Positions 37,073 through 41,801 of a DNA stretch of 41,801 nucleotides are shown here, one piece after another. Position numbers and translations under genes: made by a program. Location of the stretch: positions 1 through 41,801 of IMG/VR virus record IMGVR_UViG_3300048861_000280; one strand, given 5' to 3'. The notes beneath the pieces were generated by a model that had not been told where the DNA came from, made no database searches, and saw only the letters and a list, made by a program, of their open reading frames with translations. Numbering within the stretch: the first letter of the stretch is position 1; the number at the start of each line of letters is the position of its first letter. The DNA comes from a virus (taxonomy: Duplodnaviria > Caudoviricetes).

Positions 37073-37867
37073 ATGGCTTTCTCTGGTACGCTGATCCGCT
37101 CTGGCAACAATGCCAAGACGGTTAAGGGTGATGGCGAGTATGAAACCGCTATCATGTATCTCGCTCCCTACACGATGGCTGGCGGCAATGTTTGCCCGAT
37201 GGCTGAAAAGGCCGGATGCATCAATGGCTGCCTCAACACTGCAGGTCGCGGCGCTTACAACAACGTGCAACTGGCCCGCATCAATAAGACCAAGAGGTAC
37301 CTAAGCGACCGCGCGGCTTTCATGGCTGAGCTTGCCGACGACCTGAGCCGCTACGTTGCCTACTGTGCCCGCAAGGGTGTGAAGCCTGCCGTTCGTCTCA
37401 ACGGTACCAGCGACATTCAATGGGAAGTGGCCCACCCGGTATCGCGTGTCTGGCATGTAGAGGGGGAGGACCTAAAGGTCGCCTATGGCTCGATCTTTGA
37501 AGCCTTTCCTGACGTGCAATTCTACGACTACACGAAGGTGTACAAGCGCGTCTATCGCAACCTGCCGGATAACTATCGGTTGGTTTTGAGCTACAGCGCA
37601 GCTAACTCCAAATATGCCGACGCTGTCATCGGTGCCGCTAAAGATACCGGCGCTAACCTTGCCGTGGTCTATCGCAGCAAAGTCACCCGCGACAACGTCA
37701 TGCACTCAGGTGACGCCTTCGGTGACTATGTCCAAAACCGCATTTACCGCGAGGTCATCGACGGTGACAGCGACGACATGCGCTTCCTTGACCCTCAGGG
37801 TGTGATTGTCGGCATCTATGCCAAGGGCAGGGCTAAACAAGACCGCTCGGGCTTTGTCATCGACTAA
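37073..37867 (+). CDS. GP88-like protein (Cys triad, possible Fe-S)
   Basis: CPMAEKAGCINGCL, VRLNGTSDIQWE, QFYDYTK, DGDSDDMRFLDP. Confidence 0.75.
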   Translation: MAFSGTLIRSGNNAKTVKGDGEYETAIMYLAPYTMAGGNVCPMAEKAGCINGCLNTAGRGAYNNVQLARINKTKRYLSDRAAFMAELADDLSRYVAYCARKGVKPAVRLNGTSDIQWEVAHPVSRVWHVEGEDLKVAYGSIFEAFPDVQFYDYTKVYKRVYRNLPDNYRLVLSYSAANSKYADAVIGAAKDTGANLAVVYRSKVTRDNVMHSGDAFGDYVQNRIYREVIDGDSDDMRFLDPQGVIVGIYAKGRAKQDRSGFVID

Positions 37868-37909
37868 CGTTTGCATTAACGCAACCATTGCACACAAGAG
37901 AACACCACA

Positions 37910-38491
37910 ATGACGCACATTCGTACTCAGATAAACGCCCTGACCACTCTGGCCGATATCTACGCCGATACACTCAGCCACATGAACCGGGGGCAGATCA
38001 CCAGTTCCTTGCTTAAGGAAGGCTTCAAGCTGCTCGGTCGCGGCATTTTCTCAGCCGTGCTTGTCCATCCGGTCTATCCTGATGTCGTTATCAAGGTGGG
38101 TCAGCGAAAGAGTGGTCGCCGGTATTGCGATAGCTACACTGACGGTTTCCCTGAGTATGTGACGTTCCTTCAAAGCACGAGGACGCAGTCAAAGTTCGCC
38201 CTCAAGGTCTACCACCACCGTGAGGTAAATTCGAACATGGGTGGCACCTACGTCACCGTGTCGGAGCGTTGCTATCCGGGGAAGGGTACCCAGGCTCAGA
38301 AGTCTGTCACTGCAGCCAGCAACGTCGTCAAGGGGCATACATGGTGTGCGGAGGGTGCCGATGGCCACGCAGTCCGGTTCATCAAATACCTCAAGCGCGG
38401 AACGCCTTCCAAGCACCGTATCGACCTCCACTCGGGTAACATCATGCTGCGCCGCGACGGCACCCCTGTGATCACCGATCCGCTTTGCTGA
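37910..38491 (+). CDS. Ser/Thr protein kinase (gp0.7-like kinase domain)
   Basis: LLGRGIFSAV (Gly loop), VVIKVG, DLHSGNIM (catalytic loop), VITDP. Confidence 0.88.
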   Translation: MTHIRTQINALTTLADIYADTLSHMNRGQITSSLLKEGFKLLGRGIFSAVLVHPVYPDVVIKVGQRKSGRRYCDSYTDGFPEYVTFLQSTRTQSKFALKVYHHREVNSNMGGTYVTVSERCYPGKGTQAQKSVTAASNVVKGHTWCAEGADGHAVRFIKYLKRGTPSKHRIDLHSGNIMLRRDGTPVITDPLC

Positions 38492-38500
38492 GGTGAGCCC

Positions 38501-38665
38501 ATGAGCGTCTACGTCGTCTCAAAGAACGCCAAGGGCCACTGGTCCATCACCCATGTGCAACCGGGCTGGCATACGCCCCTCGGTTCATTCCCCAAACGCA
38601 AACAAGCGTTGTTCACGGCTCGTCTTCTGGCCGGTCGGCGCGGAGAGGTACTATTCAGTGACTAA
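38501..38665 (+). CDS. Small hypothetical protein (54 aa)
   Basis: GAGGTGAG RBS; MSVYVVSKNAKGHW..., read by hand. Confidence 0.65.
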   Translation: MSVYVVSKNAKGHWSITHVQPGWHTPLGSFPKRKQALFTARLLAGRRGEVLFSD

Positions 38666-38924
38666 GAACGTCATCATCAAAAGCAACCTCAAGACCTTCT
38701 TTGCTCACCCTGAAACCGGGGCGAACATCGGTCTGACGCGATACGGCAACCATGTGATCACTCGGTTTGACCTGGGTGAGTTCCGTGAAGCCTACGGTGA
38801 TCCTCGGCCTGAGGTCATCGACATCATCGACATCGGCTACTGGTACCGCCTTCACGGTGCTCCTGATCAGTCCGAGCGCTACGAACGCCCCTTGTGGCAC
38901 CAGCGTGAGCAGTCGGCAGCATGA
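38658..38924 (+). CDS. Hypothetical protein
   Basis: GAGAGG RBS before GTG 38658. Confidence 0.65.
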   Translation: MTKNVIIKSNLKTFFAHPETGANIGLTRYGNHVITRFDLGEFREAYGDPRPEVIDIIDIGYWYRLHGAPDQSERYERPLWHQREQSAA

Positions 38925-39010
38925 CAGTCGCTCAAAATCTCCTCCTCATCCTCACAACCGCCTCAGCTTTTGGTTTGTGGCTCTACGTGAAAGGTCTGCC
39001 CGATGCTTAA
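38921..39010 (+). CDS. Small membrane peptide (29 aa)
   Basis: MTVAQNLLLILTTASAFGLWLYVKGLPDA; ATGA overlap. Confidence 0.55.
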   Translation: MTVAQNLLLILTTASAFGLWLYVKGLPDA

Positions 39011-39155
39011 CCTCTTTGCCCTGTGGGTTCTGTGGCACTTCGTGTTCCCGGTTCTCGCCTGCATCCTTTTCGTGATCCTGCTCTTCATGGCCTTCGCCCT
39101 CGGCGGGTTCGTCAGGGCAGTCAAGCAGCGCCGCAAGGTCACCAATGTTCACTGA
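39003..39155 (+). CDS. Small membrane peptide (50 aa)
   Basis: MLNLFALWVLWHFVFPVLACILFVILLFMAFALGGFVRAVKQRRK...; AAAGG RBS. Confidence 0.6.
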   Translation: MLNLFALWVLWHFVFPVLACILFVILLFMAFALGGFVRAVKQRRKVTNVH

Positions 39156-39267
39156 AGTCGCCCAGGCCTGCCTGTATCCGCTGCAAATCGCCATCCCTGC
39201 GGTATGGGGTGCGCTCTTCCTCGTCTCTCTCAATCTGATCGTGAAAGGTATCCGCGATGCACATTAA
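39145..39267 (+). CDS. Small membrane peptide (40 aa)
   Basis: MFTEVAQACLYPLQIAIPAVWGALFLVSLNLIVKGIRDAH; AAGG RBS. Confidence 0.55.
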   Translation: MFTEVAQACLYPLQIAIPAVWGALFLVSLNLIVKGIRDAH

Positions 39268-39409
39268 TCACCCGTCTCTCGTCGCCAAGCGTATCGCGGC
39301 TGTCGCTCATCTCGGCAAGGTCCGCATCGGTTCACCAGCGTTGGCTATGGTCCGGAACAACGCCTACTACCTAACCGGAGCGGCTGCGGTCGGCTCGGTT
39401 CGCGGTTAA
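39257..39409 (+). CDS. Small hypothetical protein (50 aa)
   Basis: MHINHPSLVAKRIAAVAHLGK...; AAAGG RBS. Confidence 0.55.
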   Translation: MHINHPSLVAKRIAAVAHLGKVRIGSPALAMVRNNAYYLTGAAAVGSVRG

Positions 39410-39436
39410 TGCAACATAATTTGTGTTAATAACCGT

Positions 39437-39451
39437 GAACAGACACGGAAC
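39437..39451. promoter_or_regulatory. Alphaproteobacterial LexA (SOS) box GAAC-N7-GAAC
   Basis: GAAC-AGACACG-GAAC, 3 nt upstream of a perfect TTGACA -35 (39455..39460) in an intergenic region. Confidence 0.8.
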
Positions 39452-39513
39452 ATATTGACACGTATCGTGTAGCCGGCCATCAATCAACCATCGAAACTAA
39501 AGGAAAGCATCAC

Positions 39514-40023
39514 ATGAACGCTTCGAAGAACCTCGTAGGCAAGCGCGTCCTCACCATGGCATTCGGTGAAGCCATCGTGGGCACCCTGGTGGCCCTTGAG
39601 CCGAACCTCAGGACCTACATCATGCTCCGTGAAGACGGTAAGGGGTGGCAGGCATCGCTCAGCCGCAGCAACTCCATCCTGATCACTGAGCAGTCACCGG
39701 GCGTTGACACAAGTCAGCATGCCTTCTGGTACGTCAGCAAGGACTTCATCGCCGGTGAGATCGTCCCATTCACGGCCAAGGAACCGGCACCGGTCACCAT
39801 CCCCGCCAAGCCGGTTGAACCCACGGCACCTATGACGGCCCAGGTCCTCAAGATGCTCCGCAAGAAGGGCGATGTGACGTCGATTGAAGCCGCTGGTGTG
39901 CTGCGGTGCCGCTCATTGTCCAAGCGCATCAGCGAGTTGAAGCGCCTCGGTCATAAGATCAACCGGACCCTTCACGAGGACCATACCGGCCAACGCTACG
40001 CACGCTATATTCTCGCGGCATAA
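39514..40023 (+). CDS. Protein with C-terminal winged HTH (HTH_39-like)
   Basis: QVLKMLRKKGDVTSIEAAGVLRCRSLSKRISELKRLGHKI...YARY; AAGGAAAG RBS. Confidence 0.8.
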   Translation: MNASKNLVGKRVLTMAFGEAIVGTLVALEPNLRTYIMLREDGKGWQASLSRSNSILITEQSPGVDTSQHAFWYVSKDFIAGEIVPFTAKEPAPVTIPAKPVEPTAPMTAQVLKMLRKKGDVTSIEAAGVLRCRSLSKRISELKRLGHKINRTLHEDHTGQRYARYILAA

Positions 40024-40199
40024 GTGAGTGTTGCAGAAAGGACTCAACCCGTAAATTGTTACCTGTCGGTGACTACTAAGTATGGCTGATTAGGTTAACG
40101 AAAGTTAATGAAGCGCCGACCGAGGGGTGGGCAGTATCGAGTAATCCCCCAACCTCGGCGCGAATTTCAACCCAAGACCTGTTCAAGGAAACAACTATC

Positions 40200-40388
40200 T
40201 TGTTTGCGACTGCGCCCTGTTACCTAAAGAACGTCAATCCAGAGGCGTTCGACCTTATGCCTGACTTCGACGAAGACACGGCTTGGCTGATCTCCGCCTC
40301 ACTCGGGAGAAATCTGGAAGTGATCTACCCGACAACCGGCGGTGATCCGCTTTTTGCGATTGAATTGTTGCAAGAGCGCTACGATTAA
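40200..40388 (+). CDS. Hypothetical protein
   Basis: 62-aa TTG-start ORF with AAGGAA RBS. Confidence 0.5.
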   Translation: MFATAPCYLKNVNPEAFDLMPDFDEDTAWLISASLGRNLEVIYPTTGGDPLFAIELLQERYD

Positions 40389-40464
40389 GCTCTTGCAAAT
40401 ATTGCGATAGTGCGGAAGAATGCACCACTGTAACTAAAATTTACAAGGTGAAAAAGAGACAGTT

Positions 40465-40812
40465 ATGTTAACGCAAGCTCAAATCGACACCATTAGGGCC
40501 GCAAAGAAAGTGGCGTCCTTTATCGAAGAGTTCCGCAAGTTGAACGCGGAAATGCAGGCACAGCAGATGGCGATCTTTCTCGCTGTTGTCGCCAAGCCTG
40601 ACAGCACCGTGACCGACTTGGCAAACATCACTGGTCATTCAGTCGCCTCGGTATCGCGGAATGTCGCGGCACTGGGAAAGACGCATCGTAAGGGTCTTCC
40701 TGGGTTAGACGTTCTTACCGCCGTGGAAGACCCCATGGACCGCAGAAACAAGCGCATACGCCTGACACCGAAAGGCGTACGTGTAATGGCAGCACTGGAG
40801 GCTTTGATTTGA
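40465..40812 (+). CDS. MarR-like winged-helix regulator (candidate repressor)
   Basis: QQMAIFLAV, TVTDLANITG.SVASVSRNVAAL, EDPMDRRNKRIRLTPKG. Confidence 0.9.
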   Translation: MLTQAQIDTIRAAKKVASFIEEFRKLNAEMQAQQMAIFLAVVAKPDSTVTDLANITGHSVASVSRNVAALGKTHRKGLPGLDVLTAVEDPMDRRNKRIRLTPKGVRVMAALEALI

Positions 40813-41801
40813 TCGTAGTTAGGGGCAACTCTTATCAGGCGAAATTCATGGTCGCCGGTCAGAAATACCTTGCCAGCTTCTCAAGCATGGAGGCTGCCGA
40901 GGATTGGGAAGCTGACAGCCGCAGGAGGCTCAAGCGTGGGCTTCCTGTCGAGCAGCCGTTGGCCAAGGTGGGCGGTGGTGACACCGGTACCGTGGGCAAT
41001 GTGGTCCGTGCCGTAATCGCTGACTATTGGGAACCGATGCGCGGCGGGGAGGGGCAGATAGCAAACGCCCGGTACTTCCTGAAGTGGGTCGGTCCTTCTA
41101 CCAGCGTCACCGAGGCGTTCTCGGAGAAGACCCAGAAGGACTTCATCAGGCACCTGCGCACAGAACGGGCCGTAGCGCCAACCACGCAGAACCGATACAT
41201 GTCTATGGTCCGGACGCTGGCGAAGAAGGCCAACATCAAGCTGACCTTCGATCTACCGCATGACGCTGCAGCCGAGAACGAGAATGGCCGTGACCGGTTC
41301 TTTACCAAGGCCGAGTTCGAGGCAATCGTCACATGGTGCGACACCAACGGTTTCCACCGTGAACGCGACTTCCTGATCTTCCTGTGTCACACGGGTGCAC
41401 GACCTTGGACGGAGGCTGAACCTCTGCAGTGGTCGAACATTCGTGATGGCATGGTGACCTTCAAGAAGACCAAGAACGGCATGCCGAGAACCATTCCACT
41501 GTCGCAAAGGGCAAGGGAAGCGGTGGACCGGCAGAGGGAGCGTGGTCAGAATGGTCCGTGGACTGGTCTCCGCTGCAGGACCATGGTCGACTTCTGGAAG
41601 AGGGTGAAGGCCAACGTGCCCGATCTCGACGACACGGTGATCTACACCTTCCGTCATACCTGTGCCTCGTGGCAGGTTCAGGATGGCGTTCCGCTCTACC
41701 ACGTCCAACTATGGATGGGGCACAAGACGCCGACGATGACCCAACGGTACGCTAAGCTGTCACCAGGGCACATGTCGGTGAACCTACAAGCATTCGCATA
41801 G
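40809..41801 (+). CDS. int: Tyrosine recombinase (integrase)
   Basis: TGAR..E, KTKNG, YTFRHT, MGHK...MTQRY catalytic residues. TTG start overlapping the MarR stop. Confidence 0.93.
   Translation: MIVVRGNSYQAKFMVAGQKYLASFSSMEAAEDWEADSRRRLKRGLPVEQPLAKVGGGDTGTVGNVVRAVIADYWEPMRGGEGQIANARYFLKWVGPSTSVTEAFSEKTQKDFIRHLRTERAVAPTTQNRYMSMVRTLAKKANIKLTFDLPHDAAAENENGRDRFFTKAEFEAIVTWCDTNGFHRERDFLIFLCHTGARPWTEAEPLQWSNIRDGMVTFKKTKNGMPRTIPLSQRAREAVDRQRERGQNGPWTGLRCRTMVDFWKRVKANVPDLDDTVIYTFRHTCASWQVQDGVPLYHVQLWMGHKTPTMTQRYAKLSPGHMSVNLQAFA

Larger units (their letters stand above)
1..41801 (+). mobile_element. Temperate T7-like (Autographiviridae-like) phage, probably in prophage-permuted order
   Basis: Full T7-type gene set (RNAP, SSB, endo I, primase-helicase, PolA, exonuclease, portal, scaffold, capsid, tubular A/B, internal virion proteins, fibre, TerS/TerL) plus MarR-like repressor and tyrosine integrase. 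Window begins at an ATG and ends at the integrase stop codon. Confidence 0.95.

Noticed and set aside
40095-40108. TTAA-CGAAAG-TTAA as a CtrA site
   Set aside because: Spacer is 6 nt, whereas the CtrA consensus is TTAA-N7-TTAA.
41780-41801. att core at the window ends
   Set aside because: No direct repeat is visible between the two ends; the window appears trimmed to gene boundaries, so att sites would lie outside it.

Overview
A near-complete genome of a temperate T7-like podophage (Autographiviridae-like), most likely infecting an Alphaproteobacterium of the Rhizobiales. The host inference rests on a DUF982-like gene, an alpha-type LexA box and an EcfG-type promoter. The gene order is permuted as expected for an integrated prophage. 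The window starts a few genes upstream of the single-subunit RNA polymerase. It then runs through replication genes (SSB, endonuclease I, primase-helicase, PolA, exonuclease), the portal and scaffold, and a lysis cassette placed unusually before the capsid gene. Next come tail and internal virion genes, two tail fibres, the terminase, the presumed terminal-repeat region and the early genes (GP88-like protein, Ser/Thr kinase, small membrane peptides). It ends with an HTH gene, a MarR-like repressor and a tyrosine integrase. The most interesting signal is a layered regulatory circuit readable in the non-coding DNA: (i) a 14-bp palindromic operator repeated about 10 times; (ii) a host LexA (SOS) box on the promoter upstream of the HTH/MarR/integrase block; (iii) a general-stress sigma (EcfG/RpoE2) promoter driving a leaderless antisense DUF982 gene inside the replication operon; (iv) an inferred integration site that separates the RNAP gene from the early promoters; and (v) non-AUG starts on most key enzymes. 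All product calls come from recognised motifs and synteny, not database searches.
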